Source: Clostridia bacterium (lineage in GTDB: Bacteria; Bacillota; Clostridia; JAQVDB01). Taken from it: DNA of 61,197 nucleotides. The stretch spans positions 1-61,197 of the forward strand of contig JAQVDB010000001.1 of NCBI GenBank assembly GCA_028698525.1, written 5' to 3'. The translations under genes and the position numbers were made by a program. This document shows, in pieces, positions 8,322-18,451 of the stretch; positions within the stretch are counted from its first letter, which is position 1; the number at the start of each line of letters is the position of its first letter. Under the pieces are notes generated by a model, which searched no databases, was not told the origin of the DNA, and saw nothing but the letters and a program-made list of their open reading frames with translations.

Positions 8322-8333
8322 TTTTGTCCCATC

Positions 8334-9464
8334 CTATTCTTTGGGATTTTTTCTTCTACCTAGAAAATTGGCAAACTCCTCTTTAGTCATTTTTGAAATC
8401 TTGGATCTAAACTCTTTTCTGCCTGAACTTAAGAATAGGAAAAGGCCTCCACCAACAACCAATATTAAAATAACCCAAAATATACCGCTAGTAGCTCCCT
8501 TACTGCTTTTAGTTATTGCAGAAATGTCCTCCTCCCTGTCCACTCCCGGTTTCTCCTTTGTCTCAGCACGTTTGGTAGTACCCCCGAATAGCGCAGCAGT
8601 AGCTACATCTGCAAACATTTCCGCTGATTTTTCTGCTCTCTCTCTCTTGTGAGAATATGTTCCCATCTCCAACAAAAGAGCTCTGGGGGCAATCTCCTGG
8701 TTGTAATTACCTTCTCCCATATATATATCCTTTACTAGTCCTGGATACATCTTGTCAGAAACCGATTTAATCTTTAATGCAACTTGTTTGTTTGCATTGC
8801 TGTTTTGATTTCTTCTGCCTATTACCAACCTCACCTTGGTAGCGGGCATACCTTCTATGTCTTTAACATAGGCTTCTTTGGGCACTGCATCCCTGTGCAC
8901 ATCGAATATAGCATCCGGTTTATTTTTAAGCAAATTTGCAACCGTCCTCCTCGACCGCCTGTATGCACCTGCATCATGGGGAGTATGAACTGTTTCATCC
9001 AGTATGGCATCTACTCCGTTATTTTCAAATCCTTTCTTCAAAGAACGGGCAACCTCAAATATACCTCCCTTATGTTCTTTACTCTCTGTGCCATCAGTAG
9101 GCACGTAAGATTCATCACTATGGGTACAGTATAACACTACAGTGCCCTTTTTCTGTGCTGCCGAGGGCAATATTTCATCTAAATCTATCTCCGGAAGTTT
9201 TATGTCTTCAATATATTTTGCATATGCCTCCTTTTGATTGTCATCTACCTTATATATCTCATAGCTTTTATTATCCCCGCTTATATATTCATCGCCTACG
9301 CTAACTTGGCTTGCAATCATAAAGAGTACTTTTCCATCATCTTTATAAACAGTATAATATCCATATCCATCTTCAAACCAATCATCGGCGTGGGCATCGT
9401 AAGGACCAATACAAAATAGAATAGTAATCATCAATAATACAAATGCTATTGTCTTTTTAATCAT
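8334..9464 (-). CDS. spoIIP: stage II sporulation protein P (engulfment peptidoglycan hydrolase)
   Basis: N-terminal anchor MIKKTIAFVLLMITILF, then VVLYCTHSDESYVPTDG ... DVHRDAV ... LLLEMGT, SpoIIP/amidase-like blocks. Start moved to the ATG at 9464 (RBS GGAGAGAAGGTGAGG). Extra C-terminal TM tail; see findings. Confidence 0.8.
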   Translation of the reverse strand: MIKKTIAFVLLMITILFCIGPYDAHADDWFEDGYGYYTVYKDDGKVLFMIASQVSVGDEYISGDNKSYEIYKVDDNQKEAYAKYIEDIKLPEIDLDEILPSAAQKKGTVVLYCTHSDESYVPTDGTESKEHKGGIFEVARSLKKGFENNGVDAILDETVHTPHDAGAYRRSRRTVANLLKNKPDAIFDVHRDAVPKEAYVKDIEGMPATKVRLVIGRRNQNSNANKQVALKIKSVSDKMYPGLVKDIYMGEGNYNQEIAPRALLLEMGTYSHKRERAEKSAEMFADVATAALFGGTTKRAETKEKPGVDREEDISAITKSSKGATSGIFWVILILVVGGGLFLFLSSGRKEFRSKISKMTKEEFANFLGRRKNPKE

Positions 9465-10185
9465 CCTCACCTTCTCTCCTTTTATCTCTATTTTTGAAGG
9501 GCTTAATCTTATCCTTATCTGTGCCCAACATACTGGCAAATTCAGCATTTTCATAGTCCATATCTTTTTTATCTGTTCCACCTTGCATCTTTTCCCTTAT
9601 TTCCCCTACAACCTCTGCAAGAAGCACTGCAATCAGCCCTGAAATAACTGTTGCGTCCAGCACTCCTGCACCTCCAAGCCTCAAGGGACCGGGAATACCT
9701 TTGGTATAATTTATCACGGCTTGAGCGATATCTGCTATCATGACACCTAATACCCCAGCGATAAATGCACTCCTCCTAGAGCGCCCAAAAATATATGCTA
9801 CAACTCCGCCTACTATTCCGTATACATAAAGAGGATCAATAAATATAGCCTCCGGTTCTGCAGGCAAAAGTTTAGCGCTGAAAAAAACAGCAACACCGGC
9901 AACAATGCTTGCAAGTATAGCCCTCAATTTTTCTTTTCCTGTTCCTGCTTTTACAAAAAGATATATAACAAGTATCAAAGGAATTACAGCACCTGCTATA
10001 TTTATCGTTAATTTATTACCTAAAGGTATATCTGGAATAAAGCTCCCAATAATAAAAGCACCCAAAAAAAGCAATGCCCCTTTGTCACTTAATCTCAACC
10101 TATCCAAAACCCTGTGCGCCACTCCAAAGAAAACTAAAATTGCAATTACAACTAGCAAAAGCAAACCAATTGGCACTATTACCAC
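9457..10185 (-). CDS. DUF1614 family integral membrane protein
   Basis: Polytopic hydrophobic protein (GVAHRVLDRLRLSDKGALLFLG...) with a charged C-terminal tail. GTG start at 10185 or 10176. Overlaps the spoIIP start by 8 nt. Confidence 0.6.
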   Translation of the reverse strand: MVIVPIGLLLLVVIAILVFFGVAHRVLDRLRLSDKGALLFLGAFIIGSFIPDIPLGNKLTINIAGAVIPLILVIYLFVKAGTGKEKLRAILASIVAGVAVFFSAKLLPAEPEAIFIDPLYVYGIVGGVVAYIFGRSRRSAFIAGVLGVMIADIAQAVINYTKGIPGPLRLGGAGVLDATVISGLIAVLLAEVVGEIREKMQGGTDKKDMDYENAEFASMLGTDKDKIKPFKNRDKRREGEDD

Positions 10186-10275
10186 CTCAATTATCTTTTT
10201 GTAATAATTATATTTCCCATAATGTTTTATATATATTCAATAGCGTTTTTTATCTTTTTCCATATTTCCGGAAAT

Positions 10276-10315
10276 AAATAAGCCTATGGAACTTACACAT
10301 TCCATAGGCTTATTT
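10276..10315 (-). terminator. terminator of the pst-phoU operon
   Basis: 16-bp stem AAATAAGCCTATGGAA/TTCCATAGGCTTATTT overlapping the phoU stop codon. Confidence 0.55.
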
Positions 10316-10969
10316 ATTTAGATCTTCCTGTTTCCCTGTCACATTGTATATAACCCATTCTGCTATGTTTGTTGCATGATCGGCAACCCTTTCCAAATAT
10401 TTTGCAATGAGCAGAAAATAGGTAGCTTGCGTGATAGTTTTAGCATCTTGCATCATTATAATAAGCAGCTCTCTCAATATCTGCTCATATAATCCATCAA
10501 TCTCATCATCTAGAAGACACACCTTTTTTGATAACTCTATATCGTTTTTCACATATGCATCCAGCGAGCGGCTGAGCATCTCAATACACAGCTGGGACAT
10601 CCTAGGAATATCTAAAAGTGGCTTTATATATTGCTCATCAGCCAATTTAAAAACTATTTGAGAAATATCCACAGCATGATCTCCTACCCTCTCCAAATCG
10701 GTGATTATCTTTAATGCAGTTGTTATCATCCTTAAATCTCCTGCCAAAGGCTGTTGAGTTGCGATCAGCTTTACACACCTGTCTTGAATATACACTTCCA
10801 TCTTATTTATCTGTTCATCCTGTTGCAATATTTGTTGTGCCAGATTTATATCTTTTTTTATTAATGCCTTTATGGCTTCTTGTATTCTATTTTCTACCGC
10901 TGCGCCCATCTTTAATATATTATTTTTCAAACATTTTAGCTCTTGGTCATATATAACTCTTGCACTCAT
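10310..10969 (-). CDS. phoU: phosphate signalling complex protein PhoU
   Basis: Two PhoU repeats (ERVGDHAVDI and ERVADHATNI), last gene of the pst operon. Start at the ATG at 10969, preceded by GGGAGGG. Confidence 0.9.
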   Translation of the reverse strand: MSARVIYDQELKCLKNNILKMGAAVENRIQEAIKALIKKDINLAQQILQQDEQINKMEVYIQDRCVKLIATQQPLAGDLRMITTALKIITDLERVGDHAVDISQIVFKLADEQYIKPLLDIPRMSQLCIEMLSRSLDAYVKNDIELSKKVCLLDDEIDGLYEQILRELLIIMMQDAKTITQATYFLLIAKYLERVADHATNIAEWVIYNVTGKQEDLNK

Positions 10970-10988
10970 ATAATATCCCTCCCGATTT

Positions 10989-11744
10989 TCAACCAAATCT
11001 TCCGGTAATATAATCTTCTGTCCTTTTATCTTTAGGTTTATAAAATATATCCTGGGTCTTTCCCATCTCTACCACTTCACCCATCAGGAAAAATGCCGTA
11101 TAATCCGATATCCTCCCTGCCTGTTGCATATTATGGGTAACAATCACTATAGTATACTTGTGTTTAAGGTTCTCAATAAGTTCCTCTATCTTTCCTGTAG
11201 ATATCGGGTCAAGGGCGGATGTAGGTTCATCCATCAATACTATTTCCGGCTCCACCGCAAGCACCCTTGCTATACAAAGTCTCTGCTGTTGACCGCCGGA
11301 CAGTCCAAGGGCATTTCCATTCAATCTGTCTTTTACTTCATCCCACAACGCAGCATTTTTTAAACTTGCTTCAACAATATCATTTAATTTATTTCTGGCT
11401 TTTATGCCATGCACTCTAGGGCCATATGCGATATTATCATATATGCTCATAGGAAATGGATTAGGCTTTTGAAACACCATTCCTACTTTTTTTCTGAGCT
11501 CTATCACATCAAAATCTTCGAATATATCTCTTTCATCTATCAATATTTTGCCCGTTATTCTTGCATTTTCTACAAGATCATTCATTCTGTTTATTGATTT
11601 AAGGAAAGTTGATTTACCACATCCTGAAGGTCCTATCAATGCTATAACTTTGTTGCTTTCTATTGTTACATTTATATCTTTTAATGCCTGAAAATCCCCA
11701 TAAAATAAATTCATTTTTTCAATTATAATCTTGTTGTTATCCAT
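10989..11744 (-). CDS. pstB: phosphate ABC transporter ATP-binding protein PstB
   Basis: Walker [10 protein letters not shown], signature LSGGQQQR, Walker [11 protein letters not shown], PstB-typical length of 251 aa. Confidence 0.95.
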   Translation of the reverse strand: MDNNKIIIEKMNLFYGDFQALKDINVTIESNKVIALIGPSGCGKSTFLKSINRMNDLVENARITGKILIDERDIFEDFDVIELRKKVGMVFQKPNPFPMSIYDNIAYGPRVHGIKARNKLNDIVEASLKNAALWDEVKDRLNGNALGLSGGQQQRLCIARVLAVEPEIVLMDEPTSALDPISTGKIEELIENLKHKYTIVIVTHNMQQAGRISDYTAFFLMGEVVEMGKTQDIFYKPKDKRTEDYITGRFG

Positions 11745-12603
11745 TCTTTGCTTGCCCCCTAACTGATGTTATAGCTATCATCTTTTTCATCGCCCTATTT
11801 GCTGCAAAATTTATAATCATGATGAGAATTATCAATACCGCTGCTGTTCCATAAGTGTTTTGCATAGACAACCCTTCTGAAGCCATAATATATATGTGTA
11901 CAGCCATAGTTCTTCCTGGACGCAAAACATTGTTCGGTATCCCTAATGTCCCTCCTGCAGTCAACATCAATGCTGCTGATTCTCCTACAGCTCTACCTAT
12001 ACCTAGTATTATCCCTGTGATTATACCTGACAGTGCGGAAGGAAGAACGACTCTGCTTATCGTCTGCCACTTTGAAGCTCCTAGTGCTAGACTTCCTTCC
12101 CTATACTCCCTTGGAACAGATCTGATTGCCTCTTCTGATGTCCTTATCAATGTAGGCAAAATCATAAGTGACAATGTCAATCCTCCCGATAAGACAGACA
12201 ATCCCAGCTTTAAAAATAAAACAAAAAACACCATACCAAATAATCCAAAGATAATTGAAGGGATCCCTGCCAAAGTTTCAATAGTAAATCTAATGATCCT
12301 TACACCTTTCCCTTCTTTTGCGTATTCCGCCAAATAAATTGCAGCACAAACGCCTATGGGGACGGAGATAACAAGTGATATTCCTACAATATAAATCGTT
12401 GAAATGATTATAGAGTATATTCCTCCACTCTTTCCCATATTCTCTGGTTCCTCGGTTAGAAACTCCCAGTTTATATGAGGAATACCCTGTATCATTATAT
12501 GGCCTATTATCGCAATCAATATAAAAACACTTATTGCAGAAACTATCCACAATATAAAAGTAGCTATTTTCTCTCCCAGCCTGATCTTATTCAATCTATT
12601 CAC
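11737..12603 (-). CDS. pstA: phosphate ABC transporter permease PstA
   Basis: 6-TM permease with EAA-loop-like [25 protein letters not shown]. Sits between pstC and pstB. Confidence 0.9.
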   Translation of the reverse strand: MNRLNKIRLGEKIATFILWIVSAISVFILIAIIGHIMIQGIPHINWEFLTEEPENMGKSGGIYSIIISTIYIVGISLVISVPIGVCAAIYLAEYAKEGKGVRIIRFTIETLAGIPSIIFGLFGMVFFVLFLKLGLSVLSGGLTLSLMILPTLIRTSEEAIRSVPREYREGSLALGASKWQTISRVVLPSALSGIITGIILGIGRAVGESAALMLTAGGTLGIPNNVLRPGRTMAVHIYIMASEGLSMQNTYGTAAVLIILIMIINFAANRAMKKMIAITSVRGQAKNG

Positions 12604-13462
12604 CCACTTTCCTGGGTATAAAGTTTACAATAGCATTTAGCACCATTATAAATACAAACAACACTACTCCGGTGGAAAACAGGGCGCTTTGATGATCCCC
12701 TGTAGCATAACTCATATCAATTGCTATATTGCTAGTCAAAGTCCTGACCGGATTAAATAAGCTATCCGGCATCATAGGTCTATTGCCTGCTACCATCATG
12801 ACCGCCATAGTCTCTCCTATTGCACGACCAAGACCCAATACTATCGATGTCATTATACCGTTTCTAGCAGCAGGAAGGATAACTCTTTTAATAGTCTGCC
12901 ATCTAGATGCACCCAGTGCTAGAGAATCTCTCTCATATTCTATAGGTACAGCCTTTATCGACACTTCAGATATATTTATTATTGTAGGAAGTATCATAAT
13001 TGCCAATACTATAGATGCCGTCAGTATACTAAACCCATTGCCTGAGAAATATTTCGCTATGATAGGCCTTATAACAATCAATCCATAAAAACCATATATA
13101 ACAGAAGGTATACCAGCAAGCAATTCAATTGCAGGCCTTATTGCATTTGCCATCTTGGGCTTTGCTATCTTTGCCAAAAATATTGCACAGCTAATCCCTA
13201 CAGGTACTCCCAACAATAGTGCACCTATTGTCACATAAACAGAACCAACTATCATAGGGAAAATACCGAAATATCCTTCTGTAGGCAGCCACTTTGTGCC
13301 AAATAGAAATTCGCCTAATCCCGCCTTAAAAAAAATAGGAAAGCCTTCTTTAAATATAAAAATTGTTATTAAAACAACTGATAATGCTGTCACTAGTGCA
13401 CATGAAAACAATATATTTTTTATTATTCTTTCTTTTAAATTCAAATCAGAACACCTCATCAT
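12596..13462 (-). CDS. pstC: phosphate ABC transporter permease PstC
   Basis: Permease with SIKAVPIEYERDSLALGASRWQT, first permease gene after pstS. Confidence 0.9.
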   Translation of the reverse strand: MMRCSDLNLKERIIKNILFSCALVTALSVVLITIFIFKEGFPIFFKAGLGEFLFGTKWLPTEGYFGIFPMIVGSVYVTIGALLLGVPVGISCAIFLAKIAKPKMANAIRPAIELLAGIPSVIYGFYGLIVIRPIIAKYFSGNGFSILTASIVLAIMILPTIINISEVSIKAVPIEYERDSLALGASRWQTIKRVILPAARNGIMTSIVLGLGRAIGETMAVMMVAGNRPMMPDSLFNPVRTLTSNIAIDMSYATGDHQSALFSTGVVLFVFIMVLNAIVNFIPRKVGE

Positions 13463-13505
13463 CTAGTTTTACACCTCAAAAAACCAAACCTGCTCATCAG
13501 CAGGC

Positions 13506-14381
13506 TTATTTTATCGGGATATATTCCTTAGCGACTATATCCTGCCCATGATCGCTCAATACCCAGTCGATATATTCCTTTACCAAACCATCAGGTTTTC
13601 CATTAGTAGCATAGTTGAAAGGCCTTGCGATTTTATAGTCCCCAGACAATACATTTTCTTCATTAGGTTGTACACCTTCTATGATCAAGCCTTTTACTGA
13701 TTCATCCAGTATTCCCATTGATATATAACCTATAGCATTTTTATCTCCCTTTACTGCTTCCTTTACCCCATTTTGCGATGACTGTATTATGGCATCCTGG
13801 GTAAACTCATTTTCTTCACCTACTACCAGTTCATGGAAAGCTCCTCTTGTACCTGACGCTTCATCCCGGTTTACAATAGTTATTTCAGAATCTTCTCCTC
13901 CCAACTGGCTCCAATTAGAAATTTCCCCTCTATATATATTAGCTATTTGCTCTACCGTTAGCTCGCTTATTGGATTGTCATTGTGTACTACTATTGCTAT
14001 ACCGTCTTTTGCAATGACTACAGGTTCTAATCCAGCAGCCAATTCTTCATCTTTTAAATTCCTAGAGGCTGCCCCTAAATCACAACCTCCTTCACTGACC
14101 AATTTCATCCCAGCCGATGAGCCGCCTCCATTAACATCGATTTGCACATCTGGATTCAGTTTAACAAATTCTTTTACCAGTTCTTCAGATAGGGGTTGTA
14201 CAGAGGTAGACCCTGCGATTGTAAAACTGCCTGATAGCCCACTTGTTCGATCATCGTTCTGATCCCCAACAGCATCCTGTTCTTGATCATCATCAACACC
14301 AGTGCCGCATCCGGATAACAATCCAAACACAAATATTCCCATCAATAAAAATAAACTCAACTTAAATAATTTTTTTAACAT
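13506..14381 (-). CDS. pstS: phosphate-binding lipoprotein PstS
   Basis: Signal peptide with lipobox LLSGCG, then the GSTSV...GGGSSAG phosphate-binding-protein motifs. Confidence 0.9.
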   Translation of the reverse strand: MLKKLFKLSLFLLMGIFVFGLLSGCGTGVDDDQEQDAVGDQNDDRTSGLSGSFTIAGSTSVQPLSEELVKEFVKLNPDVQIDVNGGGSSAGMKLVSEGGCDLGAASRNLKDEELAAGLEPVVIAKDGIAIVVHNDNPISELTVEQIANIYRGEISNWSQLGGEDSEITIVNRDEASGTRGAFHELVVGEENEFTQDAIIQSSQNGVKEAVKGDKNAIGYISMGILDESVKGLIIEGVQPNEENVLSGDYKIARPFNYATNGKPDGLVKEYIDWVLSDHGQDIVAKEYIPIK

Positions 14382-14486
14382 TTCTCATCCCCCAATTTTG
14401 AGAATAATAAACTTTTGAATTATGCTACAACTATTGTTTCAAAGTCTATTATCCATATACTGTTTGAATAGAATATATCATCGATA

Positions 14487-14525
14487 TGTTAATGGTAGAT
14501 AAACATTATGTTAAATCCACGTTAA
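14487..14525 (-). promoter_or_regulatory. Pho box array (four TTAACA-like direct repeats at 11-bp phasing) upstream of pstS
   Basis: Reverse strand TTAACGtggatTTAACAtaatgTTTATCtaccaTTAACA. Hexamers start every 11 bp (14525, 14514, 14503, 14492). TATATT lies about 10 nt downstream. This matches the Bacillus PhoP TT(A/T/C)ACA repeat architecture. Confidence 0.7.
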
Positions 14526-14555
14526 AAAAGGGTTTGGTATTTTTAAACCAAACCC
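14524..14555 (-). terminator. terminator after phoR
   Basis: Stem GGGTTTGGT/ACCAAACCC overlapping the phoR stop codon, followed on the minus strand by TTTTTT. Confidence 0.65.
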
Positions 14556-16300
14556 TCCGGCATATTAACAATAAAAGAAGTCCCTTTTCCTTTTTTGCTT
14601 TCAACTACAATGTTGCCGTTCAATGAAGCCACAATATGCTTTACAATCGCCAAACCCAACCCGGTCCCGCCAAGATTTCTGGATCTGCCTTTGTCTACTC
14701 TATAAAATCTTTCAAACAATCTAGGTATATGCTCTTGGTCTATACCTATTCCATTATCTTCAACCTTGATAGTAACAAATCCATCTTTTTTATGAGCACT
14801 AATAAACACACTGCCGCCCTCCGGGGTATATTTTATTGCATTGTCAGCTAAATTCAAAAATAACTGCTTTATCCTATCCTTGCTGGAGCAAATTGATACC
14901 CCTTCATCAAAACTATATTTAAGGGCTATCTTCTTATTGCCAGCCTGCTCTTTTAACACATCCACCACATCTTTTATAACATGTCCCACATCTACTTTCT
15001 TCCCGCTCTCCACTACTCTGCTGCGTTCAATTTCAGACAATGCTAATATATCAGATATAAGCCTAGTCAATCTTTCAACTTCAATATCTATTATATTTAA
15101 AAACTTCATGCTCACATCTTTGTCTTCTATAGCACCATTTTTAAGAGTCTCCACAAATCCTTTTATAGAGGTAAGTGGAGTCTTAATCTCATGAGACACA
15201 TTAGCTACAAAATCTTTTCGCATCTGCTCCAATTTTTTCAATTCAGTGATATCTTGTATCAGCACCACAGCTCCTGTTACTTCCCCTTCTAATCCATTCC
15301 TCTGTATAGGTGCTACACTCACCTTTAATTGTTTAAACTCCCCTTTACTCCAACTCATTTCTACAGCATTAACTTCTCCGTTTACCAACGTCTGATCTAT
15401 CATGCTATCTATTAAATCACTTCTGACTACCTGTATAAACTGTTTGCCTACTATTTCCTCTCTTATACTGAATAACGCTTTCAGTGCACCATTTGCAAGC
15501 AATATATTCTTTGAATTGTCTACAGCTAATACTCCATTTACCATACTGGACAATATTGATTCTAATTTTATATTTTCCCGATTCAACTGATCCATAGTAA
15601 CTTTTAACCTGTCAGCCATCTGGTTAAAGCTGTCAGATAATTCTCCTATTTCATCATTTGTTTTTACTTGAATCTTATTTTCAAAGTTTCCTCGGGCTAT
15701 AACTCTAGATGCATCGCTTAACCGGCGAATAGGTTCGGTGATGCTCTTGGAAAACAAAGAGGCTTGTATCAAGGATACTAATAAACTTGCAATAATGGCC
15801 AACACTATAGACCATATGATGCTACCGCTAGTATGATTTATTTCCTTAAGTGACATGGCTAGCCTTATCGCAGTTTTTATATTATTATGTGTTCTAACAG
15901 GCAAAGCTACATACATCATATCAGTCTTTAATGAACTGCTATACCTTATGCTTTCGCCTGCTTTCCCATTTAGTGCATTGTTTACTTCAGGTCTATCAGC
16001 GTGATTGTCCATATCAGCTGCATTCCGAGATGAATCAGCTAATACAGTTCCATCATGATAAACTATAGTGACCCTAGCTCCTGTCAATTCCGAATATCTA
16101 TCTGCTATTGCCTGTATATCGATTACATGTCCATCTGACTTTTCTGACAACTCATATTGTATCAGTTTAGCATTGGTCAATAATCTTTGCTTTATATTCT
16201 CTCTAAATACAACCTGATTTATATAGATGCTATAACTACCTACTATAGCCACTGCAAAAAGTATCAGTATGATGTACGTGATGAATATTTTACGCCTCAC
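14543..16300 (-). CDS. phoR: phosphate-regulon sensor histidine kinase (PhoR-like)
   Basis: Two TM segments, HAMP, PAS, H-box SHEIKTPLTSI, N/G boxes (DNAIKYTPEGG, GTGLGLAIVKH). Overlaps the upstream response-regulator gene by 4 nt. Confidence 0.85.
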   Translation of the reverse strand: MRRKIFITYIILILFAVAIVGSYSIYINQVVFRENIKQRLLTNAKLIQYELSEKSDGHVIDIQAIADRYSELTGARVTIVYHDGTVLADSSRNAADMDNHADRPEVNNALNGKAGESIRYSSSLKTDMMYVALPVRTHNNIKTAIRLAMSLKEINHTSGSIIWSIVLAIIASLLVSLIQASLFSKSITEPIRRLSDASRVIARGNFENKIQVKTNDEIGELSDSFNQMADRLKVTMDQLNRENIKLESILSSMVNGVLAVDNSKNILLANGALKALFSIREEIVGKQFIQVVRSDLIDSMIDQTLVNGEVNAVEMSWSKGEFKQLKVSVAPIQRNGLEGEVTGAVVLIQDITELKKLEQMRKDFVANVSHEIKTPLTSIKGFVETLKNGAIEDKDVSMKFLNIIDIEVERLTRLISDILALSEIERSRVVESGKKVDVGHVIKDVVDVLKEQAGNKKIALKYSFDEGVSICSSKDRIKQLFLNLADNAIKYTPEGGSVFISAHKKDGFVTIKVEDNGIGIDQEHIPRLFERFYRVDKGRSRNLGGTGLGLAIVKHIVASLNGNIVVESKKGKGTSFIVNMPEGLV

Positions 16301-17010
16301 TGGCTATCATCCTTATAATCAAACTTGTAACCCACTCCCCTTACAGTATGAATATATTTAGGGTTGCCGTCACCATCCTCTATCTTTTTCCTCAAGTGCC
16401 TTATGTGCACATCCACAGTTCTAGTCTCTCCATAATAATCATAACCCCAAATTCGGTTTAAAAGCTGATCTCTCGTCAACACCTTGTTTTTATTCAATGC
16501 CAGGATTTTTAAAAGCTCAAATTCTTTTAAGGTCAATTGAACATTCTGCCCTTCTTTATAAACTTCATAATTGCTGACATCTATGCTTATGTTCCCAATT
16601 TTTATAATTTCAGGATTTTGGCATCTTTCATGGGCCCTAAACCGCCTCAATACCGCCTTTACCCTTGCAATCAACTCCCGCACACTAAAAGGTTTTGTTA
16701 TATAGTCATCTGCGCCGATCTCCAGTCCAAGTATTTTATCTACTTCTTGGCTTTTAGCTGTCAGCATTATTATAGGAATAAGGGCAGTTTCCTTTTTGCT
16801 CTTTATCTGCTTGCATACTTCTATCCCGTCAATCCCAGGTAACATTATATCCAATATTATAAGGTCAGGCTTATCCCTTGATACATAAGATAGGGCCTGC
16901 TCTCCAGTTTCTATACAAAACACATCATAGCCTTCTTTCTCAAGGTTGAATTTCAATAACTCCAAAATATGTATCTCATCATCAACAGCTAATATAGTAT
17001 TCTTTTGCAT
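16297..17010 (-). CDS. phoP: OmpR-family response regulator (PhoP/PhoB-like)
   Basis: Receiver domain (AVDDE...LDIMLPGIDG...K) plus winged-helix output (TVRGVGYKF). Start at the ATG at 17010, preceded by GAGGAGGA. Confidence 0.85.
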   Translation of the reverse strand: MQKNTILAVDDEIHILELLKFNLEKEGYDVFCIETGEQALSYVSRDKPDLIILDIMLPGIDGIEVCKQIKSKKETALIPIIMLTAKSQEVDKILGLEIGADDYITKPFSVRELIARVKAVLRRFRAHERCQNPEIIKIGNISIDVSNYEVYKEGQNVQLTLKEFELLKILALNKNKVLTRDQLLNRIWGYDYYGETRTVDVHIRHLRKKIEDGDGNPKYIHTVRGVGYKFDYKDDSQ

Positions 17011-17027
17011 AGGTATCCTCCTCATGT

Positions 17028-17858
17028 CTAGATCAACTGCATGAAAGCTGCCAGGCTCCCTGTCTTACCTTTATCCCCTCTGTGAGAAAAAAATATGTCT
17101 TTATTGCACTTTGTACAAATTTTGGCGCCGATTATATTGGAAGGCAAAACACCTTTTTCAACAAACTGATTTGCATTTATCGTCCATAAATCTATATTAC
17201 ACTTCTGACTGCTTTTTCTATCAATCACATCCAAATCGCCAAATTCCCCTTTAAATAGACTGGCAATATGATTATCAACCTCAAAACAGCATTTACCTAT
17301 TGAAGGCCCTATTCCCACCAAACAATCTTTAGGACGGGTTTGAAATAATTCCATCATTTTACCCAAGGTCTTCTGTCCTATTCTTTTGAGGGTGCCTTTC
17401 CACCCTGCATGGGCCAACCCTATGGCTTTCTGCTTTTGGTCCAATATAAACAAAGGAACACAATCTGCATAAAATGTAACAAGTGCTATGCCCTTTTTAT
17501 CGGTTATCAATGCGTCTACCCCGCTGTAATCTTTAGGATTAAATATGCCTTTCCCTCTATCTTTTTCAGTCACATACTTTATATGGTCATCATGGATCTG
17601 ATCGGATAGAACTAGGTCTTGAGTACAAATATCCATGGCTTCACATATCCTCTCAAAATTCTCTAATACGTTTTGTCTCGTGTCCTTCTTATTAAATCCT
17701 AAATTCAGTGAACTACATTCTCCATCGCTGATACCACCCAATCTGCTGGTAAAACAATGCTTCACCAATCCAGTCTCCTCGAATAGAGGTATCGTATAGT
17801 ATACCAAGCCCTTATAATTATTTTCAGTGAAACCTTTTATCAAGCTCTTACCCTCCAT
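17028..17858 (-). CDS. pgeF: peptidoglycan editing factor PgeF (YfiH/YlmD, DUF152)
   Basis: Conserved blocks [13 protein letters not shown] and CTKC..FFSHR, typical of the YfiH/laccase-domain family. Confidence 0.8.
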   Translation of the reverse strand: MEGKSLIKGFTENNYKGLVYYTIPLFEETGLVKHCFTSRLGGISDGECSSLNLGFNKKDTRQNVLENFERICEAMDICTQDLVLSDQIHDDHIKYVTEKDRGKGIFNPKDYSGVDALITDKKGIALVTFYADCVPLFILDQKQKAIGLAHAGWKGTLKRIGQKTLGKMMELFQTRPKDCLVGIGPSIGKCCFEVDNHIASLFKGEFGDLDVIDRKSSQKCNIDLWTINANQFVEKGVLPSNIIGAKICTKCNKDIFFSHRGDKGKTGSLAAFMQLI

Positions 17859-18312
17859 TATTCTCTTTAATCAGTTTCTCCAGTTCTCCCATAAATGTAT
17901 TTATATCTTTAAATTGTCTATAAACCGAGGCAAATCTCACGTATGCCACTTCATCTAAGTCCTTTAATCTCTGCATTACCAGTTCTCCTATTTGATTGCT
18001 AGTAATCTCCTTTTTCAGAGAATTGTACACTCTCTTCTCTATATCTTGAACAATATCTTCCATCTTATCCACTGGCACTGGCCTTTTTTCACAAGCTTTA
18101 AGCAGGCCGTTCATTATCTTTGAGCTATCAAAAGCCTCTCTTCTTCCATCTTTTTTTATTACCATTATAGGAATATTCTCTATCTTCTCGTATGTAGTAA
18201 ACCGCTTTTCACAGGATTCGCATTCTCTCCTTCTGCGTATGGTGTCTCCATCATCTGTTGGCCTTGAATCTACCACCTTGCTTTCTCTGCAACCACAAAA
18301 GGGACACTTCAT
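17848..18312 (-). CDS. nrdR: transcriptional repressor NrdR
   Basis: MKCPFCG...[12 protein letters not shown] zinc ribbon followed by an ATP-cone; 154 aa. Confidence 0.95.
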   Translation of the reverse strand: MKCPFCGCRESKVVDSRPTDDGDTIRRRRECESCEKRFTTYEKIENIPIMVIKKDGRREAFDSSKIMNGLLKACEKRPVPVDKMEDIVQDIEKRVYNSLKKEITSNQIGELVMQRLKDLDEVAYVRFASVYRQFKDINTFMGELEKLIKENNGG

Positions 18313-18451
18313 ATCTTGTTTTCCTCCTTAATCAGATAATTCATTTGCATTACAAAAATCATAAAAAAATAATCATGCATTATTATTATAACATGATTAC
18401 ATTTCTTTTAATAAAATAATCTAGTATTTTAAACTGAGTATAGTCTATAAA

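Noticed and set aside
9465-9581. N-terminal 39-codon extension of the spoIIP ORF. Similar extensions occur for phoU, phoP, mraZ, ftsA, murD, trmK, PadR and the DUF1700-like gene.
   Set aside because: The extensions overlap the upstream gene and lack an RBS. Internal start codons have strong Shine-Dalgarno sequences and give canonical N-termini.
12290-12550. Same-strand alternative-frame ORFs inside pstA (12290-12550) and mraY (32245-32433)
   Set aside because: They sit in a different frame within well-supported genes, and their Cys/Arg-rich translations carry no motif.
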